The position numbers and the translations under genes were made by a program. Below, piece by piece: positions 49,082 through 61,702 of a stretch of 64,000 bases of DNA (its first letter is position 1; each line of letters opens with the position of its first letter). The DNA comes from Podarcis muralis (lineage: Eukaryota), in the NCBI RefSeq assembly GCF_964188315.1, contig NC_135655.1:113708001-113772000 (forward strand). Reading direction: 5' to 3'. The notes below the pieces were generated by a model. That model was given only the letters and a program-made list of their open reading frames with translations, did not search any database and was not told the DNA's origin.

Positions 49082-50909
49082 ACCTGTTGTGTTATGGACC
49101 AGTGGCTTTTACTGGCATGTTGCACTGAATTTCTTTCACACCAGTGATCACAGGCAACATGGCTGCTTCCTCACACTTTCCACACCTGCATGTTTCTGCT
49201 TCCCCTGATGAACCCATGAAAATGGCAGGAAAGAAATCAATGCTGGTATACCACCCCAAATTTTGTTTACTCTCACAATGTTCTGGTTGAATGCACTGGG
49301 AGAGTGCGCCAACAGCGGAAAAGCCAGCAAAGGAACCCGCAGCTCGGCGCATGCAACAGGATGCGTCGTGCAGCACCCACAACGTTACACGGCGCTCCGG
49401 GCGTGGTGCCAAAACAGCTGCCATGCAGCTGGGGCAAGCGCTGACAGCCGAGTGGAGCAGAGCCTGTCTGAGCCCCGTGGACTGTTCTGTGGGCAGCTTG
49501 CTGCGAGTTCAGGGACGAGCGTTGGAGTCTGGGGAAGAGCCTGCAGCGTTCCGATGGGCTCTGCTCCGCTTGGCTGTTGGCGGCTCTTCCCCAGACTCTA
49601 GCGCTCAGCCCCAGACTCTCAGCCTGGGGCCCCTGAGAGCCCAGCGCCTGGGTGCCATGCTACCCTAGCACCAACGGTTAAGACGGCCCTGAGCATTTTG
49701 TATACCAAACACTCTAGTGTGTTAGTTTTGCATATCTGTATTCATGCTCTTTTCCTTCCAGCATTTTTCCAACATTCTTTGAATGTGTGGGTGGCACAGA
49801 AGTGGAATCCCATAAGTAACCAGCTTGTAATAAGGTCTGGACAAACACATGCTTTTTGTGACGGAGCTGTTTTTCAAGGCTCCCGCTTGTATAATCCCAT
49901 GTTATGTACAGCTGCATTCTGAAGACTCTTTCCAGACCTTATAAAGAACCTGCGATTTATCCAGATTGTGTAGAAGTCAGCCTGTTATTATTTTGGTGTG
50001 CAATAGCAGACATTTGTGAAAAGCAGGTTGCAGTTCTTCAAGAATATGGACATAGAAATAGATTGGTTTGCCCTTTCTTTGGCAGATGTTTTGTTTGCAT
50101 TTGCAGGCATTGGGCACTTGCGGTAGTAATACTGCACCAAAAAGCTACATTTGAGGCAAAACATGCACGAGTACCATGGTGCCTTCTGGGGAGGGCTTTG
50201 GGGGCAGACTTCCAGGGTGTCACTCAGAAGAATGGGGAAGAGGTCCTGCAACTGTAGTAGGTGTGGCAAAGCACATTTTGAAGTAGAAACATATAAGTCT
50301 ATAGAGTTGGATGGGTAAACTACCGTATTCCAAGCCCCTACCAATGCAAGTAATATGCACTACCATCAAAAGTGGGGGCAGAAGGTGGCAATGCTCCTGC
50401 AAGAGCATTAAGTCTAAAATCTAAAATGACTTAACTATAGCAATGTCTGAACAATTCCAGTGTACAGCTATGTAGAGTAGACCTTTTGAAATATGACCAG
50501 GACATACATTTCACATTTCACATGGTTTGTATGTATGTCGTATGCATTCATGTGAGGTGGGAAATGATGCTCAGCATTAATACGCAAGTTATCAAGCAGT
50601 TCATTTGGTAGCTTCAGTACTGGCACCCTGCTAAGCAGAGCCCTGTTTCTACATTTTGCAGGATGTAAGCTGCTAACATTGCTCATAATGTTGTTCTCAC
50701 AGAATGTTCACTGAGCCATTTGTTCTGTGTTGTTGTTTTTCTCCGAACGTTTCGCCAAATCACCCTGAAGAAAGGGAAGGAAGACAAATAAAGTCATTTG
50801 AAGCTGTTGTAAATACACTTCCTGCCCAGTTGTTCAGGAAGGAGCGAAGCATTGCCAATAGCCCTAATGTTTCACAGCCCCTAAATTCAGGCTAACTTCA
50901 TCCCAGAGC

Positions 50910-51960
50910 TTTGTATTAGGACGAAACAGGATGTCACTAGCAACAAATCGATGAAGTGGAAGTACTAGGAAGCTTGGGAGGAAGTGATGATGCCCTTTTG
51001 GGTTTCATGATAGAGGCAAGGGAAAGCTGAGTTTAGTCAGATATGCACTCTGGACTTTGAGAAGGCTGATTTTTTTATATATATATTTTTTAAAAAGCTT
51101 AAGGAACTACTGGGTGAGATCCTATGGTCAGAAATACTGAAAAGTGAAGGGAGTACAAGATGGATGGGAGTTTCTTAAAGGTGAAATATTGAAGGCGCAA
51201 ATGCAGACAAGAAAAACAAGCGGGAGGCATCTAAACAAACCGGTGTGGCTGCATAAGGAGCTTACAGATCATTTGAGATTTGAGAAGGGCCTGTATGGGA
51301 AATGGAAGATGGAGAAATGCTACTTGGTGACAGAGGGAAGGTGGAACTCCTCAACACCTACATTGCCTCTGTCTTCACCCAAAAGTAAAGCAGCGCCCAA
51401 CCTGCAGGGAGGGAACTGCAGCCCAAGATAGAAGAGGTGGTAAGGGAACACCTAGCTACTTTATCTCCAGGGTCTGATGAGCTGCACCCAAGGGTACTAA
51501 AGGAGCTTGCGGATGTAATCTCAGAGCCTCTGTCTATAATCTTGGAGAAATCGTGAAGAACAGGTGAGGTCACTGAAGACTGGAGGCGAGGAGCCTAGGA
51601 AAGAGGAGACTGAGATGAGATTTGATGGCCTGCAATCTTCAAATATCTAAAGAGCTGTCCCATGGAAGATGAAGCAAGCTTGTTTTCTCTTGCTCCAGGG
51701 GGTAGGACCCGAAGCAATGGCTTCGAGTGACAAGAAAGGAGATTCCGACTAAAAATCAGGAAGAACTTTCTGGAAGTAAAAGCTGTTCGACAGCGAAACG
51801 GACTCCCTCAGAAGGTGGTGGGCTCTCCTTCATTGGATGTTTTTAAGCAGAGGTTGGATGGCCATCTGTCAGGGAGTCTTTAGTTGAGATTTATGCATTG
51901 CAGGGACTTGGGCTAGATGACCCTTGGGACCCCTTCCAACTCTGCATTTCTGTGATGCTG
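50910..51960 (+). mobile_element. CR1 LINE, internally deleted ORF2 plus 3' end
   Basis: Motifs GWEFLKGEILKAQ, PGSDELHPRVLKELADVISEPLSIILEKS*RTGEVTEDWR, then a jump to the CR1 3' end (ttccaactctgcatttctgtgat). Confidence 0.88.
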
Positions 51961-54234
51961 TGGTTCAGGATACCCATCAAAAGTACTTTCCCCATAAATG
52001 GCATCCCATCCCCACTGGTGCCACAGGATATTTTGGTGCTAGCTCAAGTGCTAACAGATGTTGCAGAGTACTTGTGTGAGTACCAAAGAAGTACTAAGTG
52101 CTCCTTCTGCGCATTGAATCAAGACTAATATATCTGCAATGTGACCCTTCAGTGATTCAGCCTTATATGGCAGGGTGGGCGGGGATAATCTGAGCATCCT
52201 AAAGACAATCTGTATGTTAGGATAGCATCATCTTCCCTATGTGGCTTGCCAAAGGGCATCCAGTAAATTTGTGTCTGAGATTTGAATGAGGGACATGGAA
52301 CGGTATATTGTAGTAGGTAAGAGGCAATGAATTGGGAAACCTTATGAAAACAGAATACATAAAAAATGCAGCCATATGTTGCTCTTGATACAAAACCAGT
52401 AAAGCCTGATTTAGGGCTCATAGGATACAGCTTTAACCACCAGCAGTGGATTATTTTTTGAATAAAAATAGGGGTCTCCCCTGAGAAATATGTTTGCGAA
52501 GGACAAACTTCTGTCATGCTCTTATTTGATCAGAGGCCTTGATTGTAAGGGTTGCCAGACACACTGTGCACAGATGCCCAAAGCGTAATGTGAGTTGGTT
52601 GAGTGTTCACACCTAACCATATTGCGATTGATTCTTAGCCTGTGGATTCATGTGCTCAGTAAAGCATTCTGCACTGTTTATATGAACGTGGGCACATGCA
52701 TGTTTGGACAGTTTAAAACCCAGAATGAATTAAATTTACAAATGATTTCTTTTTAGAAAATATTAATTGTATTTTTGTAGTATTATTTTTTGCTTTTAGA
52801 GTTTTTAGCTGTTATAATTATTATTTAATAACAGTCACTGGTGCTACCTATTTCAAAACATGGTCTTCAAATGATCTATCTACAAATTGCAGAGGTGGAA
52901 CCTGTGGCAATTGGGGAGTTTCTAGCTTTTTAAAAGAGTTCAAGTTTTCTCATTTGCCTTTTGTACACTTATGCTGATGTAATAGATGCCATATATAATG
53001 TGTTGTGCTTGAATGCTTGCTGTTTAAAATTATTACTATTATAATAATCATTATCGTTAAAGTTATTACTGCACCATCACTAACCAAGAACTCTACGTGA
53101 CCTACAAAACATCTTAATCTCTTAGTTGAAGTATTTGAATTCATCTGTATTTCATAAAGTAGAAAAAGTAAATGAATTTGTATTTATTATGTTTGTTAAT
53201 ACTAAGGAACACATTTCTTCCATAAATAAAAGGAGGTGGCCAATTTAAAAGAAAGATGTTTGAATGCGTGAGATCTTTGTTGAAATAGCTTTTAAAGGAA
53301 GTAAAAACAAATCTTCCTGCAAAAGAAAGAATTGTAGAATTGTAGTATTTTCCTTTTGTGAAGCGTGTCTCATATTAGCTAAATTATAAGGATATGGATT
53401 TAGATTTAATAGTCCACTCTCAACCTATTCATTTATTTTAATAGCCATGAGGTTAGAATAAAAAAGAATCATGCAGAAGAAGAGGAATATTTTGAGGTGA
53501 AAAGGATCAAGTACTGGACAGTGTTGAACAGTTTTTATTCTTTAGCTGAAGTTCTTTCTCTTGATAAAGTATTGAAGAACCTGTAATCTAGTATTGCTAG
53601 TATTATGTGTCATGGCAGAATTGCAAGATAAGAATTTATTTGTTGAATAACATTTTATTTTGAACCATCCTTTGGCCAATGGAGGAGCAAAGGTTAAAAC
53701 ATGGGCACTGGCTGAAATCTGATCCCTAAGGTTCTTTATAAATCACCAGTCTTGTTCAACTCAGCACTAAAAATTGAATCCACCATTTTCTACAGAGCGA
53801 TACTGTACATCTGAAATGTATCACAAGCATGTGTGTTCTTCATCAAAAGTACACCCATTTGGAAAGGCAATCATTTTATTGCAGATGGTTGTTTTTGGAG
53901 GGCCAGGGGGACAATAATGTAAGGTATGTGTAATGTATGTAATGGCTTTAAAGTTGCATGTTTTTTGGTGACAAGGTAAATTTTACATATACAAGCCTAG
54001 CCATGGGCCATGGCAGCTCTTCATCTCAGAAAAGCTTTGTTAAAAACAACGCTATTTGGATGGTGCCTCCCATATTATCTCTTCACACACACACAGAATA
54101 GCTCATCATGTAGAAGACAAGGCTAGAACATTTCTCCATGAGGTGCCGGTATCCATATGTTGGGGAATTTTTTAATGGGGCGGTATTGGGAACCTAAAAA
54201 TGTAGCACAATAATATTAGAGGACCTCCCCCCCC

Positions 54235-54520
54235 AAATCAGACCAAAGGCCTATCTAGTCCAAAATCCTGTTACCACAGGAGCCAGTCAAATGCCTCTGG
54301 GAAGCCCACAATCAGGACATGAGGGTATTGTTTCCCAGAGTACCTCTGGGAATAAGAGCATAGGAAGCTGCCTTATGCTGAATCAGACCATTGGTCCATT
54401 TAGCCCAATGTAGTCTGTAGTGACTGACAGCAGCTCTCCAAGCTTTCATGCAGGGAATCTTTTCTTGGAGGTGTCAGGGACCTTCTGCATGCAAATCATA
54501 GGCTCTCCCACTGAGCCATG
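54235..54520 (-). mobile_element. Adjacent old CR1-tail/SINE remnants
   Basis: tcagaccaaaggcctatctagtcc... followed by ataggaagctgccttatgctgaatcagaccattggtccattt...gaccttctgcatgcaaa. Confidence 0.5.
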
Positions 54521-54918
54521 TATGTTTCCTTATATGGGGCACACTTAAGAATGGTGGCAACAGCCGGAACCCTGCTCTTATTGTTCTTCCTCAAAAGCGG
54601 CCAGCTCTTAAACTTTAGAAATAAGGCAAGATCAAATCATTTTGGTGGCCATATTTGTTGTCTGAAGTGCAGCTCTAAAACAAGCCCACCCAACTCTCAA
54701 CCACACAGTGACAAGTTTGAGGCAGCCATTTTGTTTCTGGACTGTTCTTATCCCCAAGACCTAATTTTGTGTGTCGAGAGAAAGGGAAGTGTTTTTCACC
54801 ATGTAAGTCCTACAGTGTGAAGTGGACAGGCATACCAGCCTCTCTGAGAACTAGATTGAAGGTGCACTTCTAATTACAATTACAACTTCTAATAGCTGAT
54901 AATTCCTTTTTGCTCCAG

Positions 54919-55008
54919 GTAATGGAGATGTATCTTCCATTTTGTGGGATTGCCATATCTAATGCTCAGCTGTTTGCTGCTTCAAGGAAGGAGTATGATA
55001 GAAGCAGA
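54919..55008 (+). CDS. PDE11A: PDE11A coding exon 3 (GAF-A/GAF-B linker helix)
   Basis: Acceptor ttcctttttgctccAG. Reads VMEMYLPFCGIAISNAQLFAASRKEYDRSR (30 codons). Donor AGA|GTAAGT. Confidence 0.96.
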
Positions 55009-56187
55009 GTAAGTGAAAAATTGCAATTTGGGCCACTGCTACTAACTTTTACTTCATATGCTATCTCTGCAGGATCACATGATAAAAGGTCAGGTGACTG
55101 AAGATAAATCACCATTATTTCTAACGAAAGCATTGACACTTTGTTGAAAATACACATACATTTAATACACATCACTTTGTTAATCAGTGTATGTATTTTG
55201 GCATTGGTTGCATTATTTTGTTCTGCTGCTCAAGAGCGAAGAATATATTGTATGAGTAAAGCTACAATCTTACGTGCTCTTTCATAGGAATAAACACAGT
55301 GGAACTTCTGTGAGTAAACATGCTTAGAATTGCAGTGTACATAAATATATTTCCTGTCTTCCTGTTCTTCATAGTTTTAGCTTCATATTCAAAGGGTGTC
55401 TTGCAGCTACGGATGTTTTTACCTGAATTTTTTATCTACTAGTAGTAATTCTAAAGTAATTCCTTTCCGCTGACATTATGATGCCAACATTTTTTTGAGC
55501 TAAATGCTGACCACTAAAAGCTTTACCAGGATGTTACAGTGTGCAACTCACGAGAGCACAATGCACAAGCATTGCAAAGAGCTTTCTTGTGTTCTGTACG
55601 ACTTGACTACTGTAGAAAAAAAATTCATTATTTTTGACATTTCAGTGGGAGTCTTTGATTCCCCCCTCCCCCCCTCCTGAATCTTGTCGGTGACATTTGT
55701 GAGGAAATCGGGAGGCCAGGGGTTAGGGATCTGGCACATATTCAGGAGAGCAACAGGACACAACTTTATTGCAACTTTACACATCAAGTAGTTTGGCATG
55801 TAAGGCTAGGGATAGATCTTGGCAAAAAGAACCTGTGTGTCTGAGGAAAGTCTGGGAGGAAGGACGCTACAAATAGAGTCCTAATGCAATCAATTCCATT
55901 AATTGGTATAGATAAAGGTATACATGAAACGCTGAAGTGGCCTTTTATCTGGTCCCATTGAGAAAACAAGAAAACGAAAACACTGATTTCTGTGATCTTT
56001 TACAGGGACATTTGCCCGTTGCTGTTTTGGGCACCTAAATTTAATTTAGAAGGAGTAAGCCCATATTACAAAGTCAGTAAGTTATACAGTAACTTTTAGA
56101 ACTTTTAGTACTTTTAGAACTCTTGTTTGGGGGAAATTGTCCAATAATTTATTCGAATTGTAATAGCTGTCCCTCCCATGTATGTAG

Positions 56188-56328
56188 GCCTTGCTGGAGG
56201 TGGTTAATGATCTATTTGAAGAACAGACAGACCTAGAGAAAATTGTGAAGAAGATTATGCACCGAGCCCAAACTCTACTAAAGTGTGACCGCTGCTCGGT
56301 ATTGCTGCTCGAAGACATTGAGTCTCCA
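56188..56328 (+). CDS. PDE11A: PDE11A coding exon 4 (start of GAF-B)
   Basis: Acceptor ccctcccatgtatgtAG. Reads ALLEVVNDLFEEQTDLEKIVKKIMHRAQTLLKCDRCSVLLLEDIESP (47 codons). Donor CCA|GTAAGT. Confidence 0.96.
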
Positions 56329-56557
56329 GTAAGTGGTGTTTCAGATTTCAGCTCTAATGTATTGCTGTTAAGATGATTTCTTTTAGCTGATAAATATTCC
56401 TCTTGATAAATAACTGTTGAATACTGTTAGGTTACTACTCTGCAAATTCTCTTGCAAGATACAACAACAGAGTAAAATGTTTCCCTTTGTACAGGGGTCA
56501 CACATTTTTGGCTGCCCTTGCCAAAGAATTTAGTTTCTAGTTCTGCTGCTTTCCCCC

Positions 56558-56752
56558 CACAGGGATGCCAACTTGAACAAAATATTGGGGGGGGGGCAGC
56601 GCAGGTTAGCTCTGCTCCACATAATCGATCGCATCATGTGGTGCACACACACCATTTGAATGGCAATGCCCATCAACTTGGGGGGGGGAGGGCTCAAATA
56701 TTTTATCTGGGGAGGCCGAAGACCCCACGGCCCCAAGGAGTTGACTCCTATG
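56558..56752. mobile_element. Non-autonomous DNA element (MITE)
   Basis: Imperfect TIRs cacagggatgccaact / agttgactcctatg with internal aaatatt and G-run repeats. Confidence 0.5.
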
Positions 56753-59700
56753 TTCCTCCATGAAGGCTGTGAGTGAGAGGATGAGTGTCCTATTGGGCAT
56801 TGCTGCCTGAAGATAAATGGAGCGAGTTTGGGCAGTGGTGCCCAATGCAGCCCTCTGTTTATGATTTATTGAGAGAAACTTCAGGGACGAATATGAAACT
56901 GATGTGTGTTGCTGTCCTGTGGTATTCCTTGCACCTGCAGGAAGCAGCAGTCAATGCTTCCCTCATTTGGGGGGGGGGTGTGTGTGGAGATCGGTAGGGT
57001 ATTTTTGAGCAGTAGCAGCCAGTGTTTCCCCTGCCACTGGTCTTTCCTGCTTCAAACAGAAAAAGCCACCAGTTGGCAATTTGCCACTGCTTCATCACAT
57101 AGCTGCCAAACAATCTGCAACTTTTCTCCCAGCTGTAGAGTCATACCTAGGGGTTGGCGAAATCAGCTCCTACTGTGGATGCAAAAATCACCTATTAGGC
57201 ATTTGAGTCCTCCCGTGACCCCTGGAGTTCTTTTTTTATATTCTCTGTGTTTTTTTGGGGGGGGGGGGAAATGTGTCTCTGTCACATCTTGAAGATGAGT
57301 AATAATTCCCCCCTTCCTTGCCCCGCACCCCCTTTGGTTCCTTATGTAACACAGTGTATCTTTTTTGATCACATTTTCTATTTTTAAAAGAAGTATTTTC
57401 ATTATTATATCTTCATCTTAACATTTGAATTATATCAGGATGAGTATAACTACACCACTGACACATAGTTGTTTAAGAGTGGCTCCCTCTTCCCAGAGAA
57501 TCCTGGCAACAGTAATGGACTAGGAGGGCATCTGGCTAAGAATTATCAGCACCATTACCAAATTTCAGTTTCCATAGTCTTTAAGGAAGCCATGGCAGTG
57601 GAACTGCCATAAGACCAGTATACGTTTGTAGTACAGATATGCCCAGAGTGACCGTTTCGTAACCTTGAATTTTGTACAGTGCAGTTTACTAATTCCTCAC
57701 TTGAAAATTTGACAAGGGTGGAAAATCACCTGCCTCTAAAACAAACAACCCCCCCCCCTTGGTATACTTCATTTGATAGGATATGACTCATTGCTGATCA
57801 AAGTGGTTGGCCTCTGCTGGCTTATTCTATTGGCCTGTGCTTCTGTCTGGTCTCATATGCTTATTGCCGCTCTTAACAAGATTCTGAATACTCTAGGGAG
57901 ACCCTTAGGCGACATAAACACCAGTGTATAAATAGCAGTAGTCGTCCTAACTTGGAGAGCTTATACCCATAGATGGCTCCCTGTAGCCAGTAAATAAGGC
58001 AGAAACGCATTCTCCTAATGATATAGTCATGCTTGGGCAAGTAGGAACAAGACTTCATGAAAGGGAAAGGGGCAGGGGCTTGCTTACATTCACGATTGCA
58101 AGTACGTGTTCGTGTTGTGCCTTTGCACACATGGTGAGAAGCTGACTTTGTGGTATTTTAAGTGCACATTCAGACTGCTGTCATTCTCTCTTAACATGTT
58201 GGGCACGTTAAGTCTAAATGTGCATATAATAAAATATATTTCATAAATCATTCTCAGTTAAGTCCCAGCATCTTAATCTTAAAGCAGGCAGATCTTCAGA
58301 GACTGGCACACATGTTTGTCTGCTTCTTTCTCCTCCAGTTTTGTGTTCCCAAATCCTTCTGCTCTTTCTCTCACCCAGCCTGCACGAAGACCTTGGGGGT
58401 ACCAAGTCACTAACTTAGTCAGGAGCTCAAGCCAGCCAACCAGGCCAAGCTGAGTTGTTTGCTTCTCACACCAGACACCAAGATAACACTCAGAGCATTC
58501 TCCAGACATTCCCTTGAGATTTACTCTGGTTCACCAAAATGGCTTGTCCCTGTGCTCTGATTGGAGACTTTGGTTTGACTGTTAAATCTCACTAGTAGGT
58601 TAGGTGGGTGGCACAGAGAAATGGCATGCAACCTTTCCTCTGTTACCAAGTCCCTAAATGCTCTCCCTCCCCCCCCCCCTTCATTGCTGCTAGGAGCAAT
58701 GGTAACAGAAATAACAGCACCCAAGACAGAGAGTGCTTTTTCTCACTCCTCCTTATGGTGTTTTGAGCTATCATCACTGTTTAGAACAGTGACTGCAACA
58801 AACTCCCCGCCCCCACCCCTCACCCAGTGACGATTGCTACAGGAACTGCCTTGCTTTCTCTGCCTGAAAGTGTGATTTATGATTGATTGGTGCTCTGAAT
58901 CAGCATGTCAGTCACTTACCCACTAGTGCTGTGACATTTGGTTAAAACACAAGTATGTGGAAGCAACCGAAGGATTGCTGGAGGTGGCTGTTAGAAGATA
59001 GATGGGGTATTACCACCGAGACAAACTAGGCAGCAAGCTTCACTTTGTATTGACAAGTGCTGGAATCGTGAGATGTGTAAGAAGCAAGGTGAATGTTGTG
59101 TGTACTGCTTTGTAAATGTATTGCTGTTCTTCAAGAAACAGACAGTACTGAGGAGGCCACCTGACAATGTCTTTTAGGCATGGAAGTTACAGCTAAGCAA
59201 TTGGTCGGTGTTCAGATCCCTGTTGCCTGTGGTGGTTTCATTATAGTTTGCAGCTACTGGTTTCAGTTGGACTCTTGTCGCTCTTATTATATAAGAATAT
59301 AGGCTTCTTGTCTGCTATTTTGACTGATGATTGCATAGCAGGTAATATTCCTCTACTAGTGTAATGATTATTATCTTCCTGATGTTGAAGAGTAAGCTGG
59401 CACTGTGAAAGTTTATAATCTGAATTTTCTCACCAGAGTTTTTATTTATTTATTTCATACACTTTTAAGTTAGCACCAGAAGTAGGCTTCTTCAGTGTTA
59501 GAACTGGCGAAATCCTAAAGATCTGATTCTTTAAAAGTCACCCCATATCTCTTTTTCACGTGAAGGCAAGGAACACGTTTATGTGACAGTGTGGATAAAT
59601 TTGACTCTAATGTTAATGCATTATGGAGCATTACACTGAGCTGAACCTTTGGCCCATCTAGGTAATTTGCATAATCCTCAAGTGAAATTTCCCTCATCCA

Positions 59701-60424
59701 TATGACCATTGGCCATGCTGGCTGGGACTGATGGGAATTGGAGTCCCACAACACTGGGAGGGCCACAGGTTCACCATCCCTGGTCTACTCCAATAATCTT
59801 AAAACTTTCCAGACTTCGGGTACACCTTAATTTTAATTATTTATTGGTATTTCATAATTTAATACCACCAAAAAAACCCTAATAAGTATACACTTCTTCA
59901 TTTTTATACCCTAGTTTTGTATGGTAGCAGTGCTTCTGCTGAGAATTTAGGTCAGGTTGCAAGCCGCTAATGGGTCTGTTAACTAACAGTGAGTTTCCAA
60001 GGCAGGGGCTTGCTGCCAAACCTAATTCTGGACCAGGGTTTCCCAAACTTGGTTCTCCCATCATCTGCTAGCTAGGGATGAACAAAATACGAATTACTTA
60101 CAAAAACATGGTTGGGGGAAAACAAGGAAAATATTCAACATGCTTCACCATGAGAGCCATTAAAGTGAAAAAGAATGCTATGGAGGTAAATTTTGTGATC
60201 TGGAGTTGTGACTCTAATCTATATGAGCAATCATTTTGCAGTCAATGAGTTTTGCATTTACTCAGCATTATTTAATTGGGGAAAGTGGGCTCTATGCAGT
60301 GAGCATAGAGAGTTGCTTTGTGGCTACTGTTTTATCACTTGAACATGTGTTTTTTCACTGTTGTGTTTTTAAAAAGTCTGGGGCGGGTATCAGAGACTCA
60401 TATGTATTTGTTTTACCATGACAG

Positions 60425-60489
60425 GTAGTGAAATTCACCAAATCCTTCGAGTTGATGTCTCCAAAATGCAGTGCAGATGCAGAGAATAG
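60425..60489 (+). CDS. PDE11A: PDE11A coding exon 5 (GAF-B)
   Basis: Acceptor tttgttttaccatgacAG. Reads VVKFTKSFELMSPKCSADAEN plus AG (65 nt, phase 2). Donor TAG|GTTAGA. The next expected exon (FKESMEKSSYSDW-like) is not found intact in the window. Confidence 0.95.
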
Positions 60490-61043
60490 GTTAGATCTCA
60501 TGTTTTATATTGCAATCGATTATGTTTTAATGAATAATCATTGATTGTTGGACTGTCTATGAATAGCTGTTTTATAAACGTGATCCCCCCCCCACAAAGG
60601 CCTGAATTTAATATCTTTTCAATTCAATTAGATTATTTCACAATTTCTTACATGTTGCACAAAATTAGCAGGACTTCCCTTCCTCCATCTTGTGCTGTTT
60701 CTTTTAAGTAACTGCATTTTACAATATGCTGTACCAGAGAAAATAATACTTCTCTCAGATGGTCCAGGTATAGGTTTAGTGCCTGCATAAACTACAAGAA
60801 GTTATGGTAACCAGTAGACCTGGTGATGCGAGACAATGGATTATTGTGATCAGGTTACCTCTCTCAAGAAGAGTTGCTACTAATGCAGCAACCTAAGTTG
60901 ATGGAAAACACTTTGTGCCACCAACACTATGTGTCTACTCAAAGTAAGGAGCTTACAGTACACCGAAAGTACAAACCTGATTGCTAAGTATGTTCAACAT
61001 AGATTGACTCTCCTCCAAATTCAGATGAACCACCTTCTAAAAA

Positions 61044-61177
61044 CAGGGTTTCCAAACTTGGGTCTCCAGCTGTTTTGGGACTACAATTCCCATCATCCCT
61101 GACCATAGGTCCTGTTAACTATGGATAGTGGGAGTTGTAGTACAGCAACAGCTGGAGACCCAAGTTTTGGAAATCCG
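61044..61177. mobile_element. hAT-type palindromic MITE
   Basis: cagggtttccaaacttgggtctccagctgtt / aacagctggagacccaagttttggaaatccg; same family as 37055. Confidence 0.8.
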
Positions 61178-61344
61178 AATCTAAAAGAAACACTCATTTG
61201 ATAGAATATCTCTAGAGCAAGAGTAGCCAACATGGTGCCTTCCAGAAGTTTTGAGTTCCAGCTCCTATCAGCATGGTCAGGGGTGATATGATCTGTAATC
61301 CACAGCATCTGGATGGAATCAGTTGCAGCAGTAAGCATGTAGTA

Positions 61345-61702
61345 TGCGGGTGGCGCTGTGGGTTAAAGCCTCAGCGCCTAGGACTTGCCGATCGAAAGGT
61401 CGGCGGTTCGAATCCCCGCGGCGGGGTGCGCTCCCGTTGCTCGGTCCCAGCGCCTGCCAACCTAGCAGTTCGAAAGCACCCCCGGGTGCAAGTAGATAAA
61501 TAGGGACCACTTACTAGCGGGAAGGTAAACGGCGTTCCGTGTGCTGCGCTGGCTCGCCAGATGCAGCTTGTCACGCTGGCCACGTGACCCGGAAGTGTCT
61601 GCGGACAGCGCTGGCCCCCGGCCTATAGAGTGAGATGGGCGCACAACCCTAGAGTCTGTCAAGACTGGCCCGTATGGGCAGGGGTACCTTTACCTTTACC
61701 TT
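61345..61702 (+). mobile_element. Young Sauria SINE (second subfamily)
   Basis: Near-identical to 32362-32723, box B ggttcgaatcc, tail ggggtacctttacctttacc. Confidence 0.93.

Noticed and set aside
57900-58610. Possible minus-strand LTR-like sequence
   Set aside because: Could not define TG..CA termini, TSD or a poly(A) signal.
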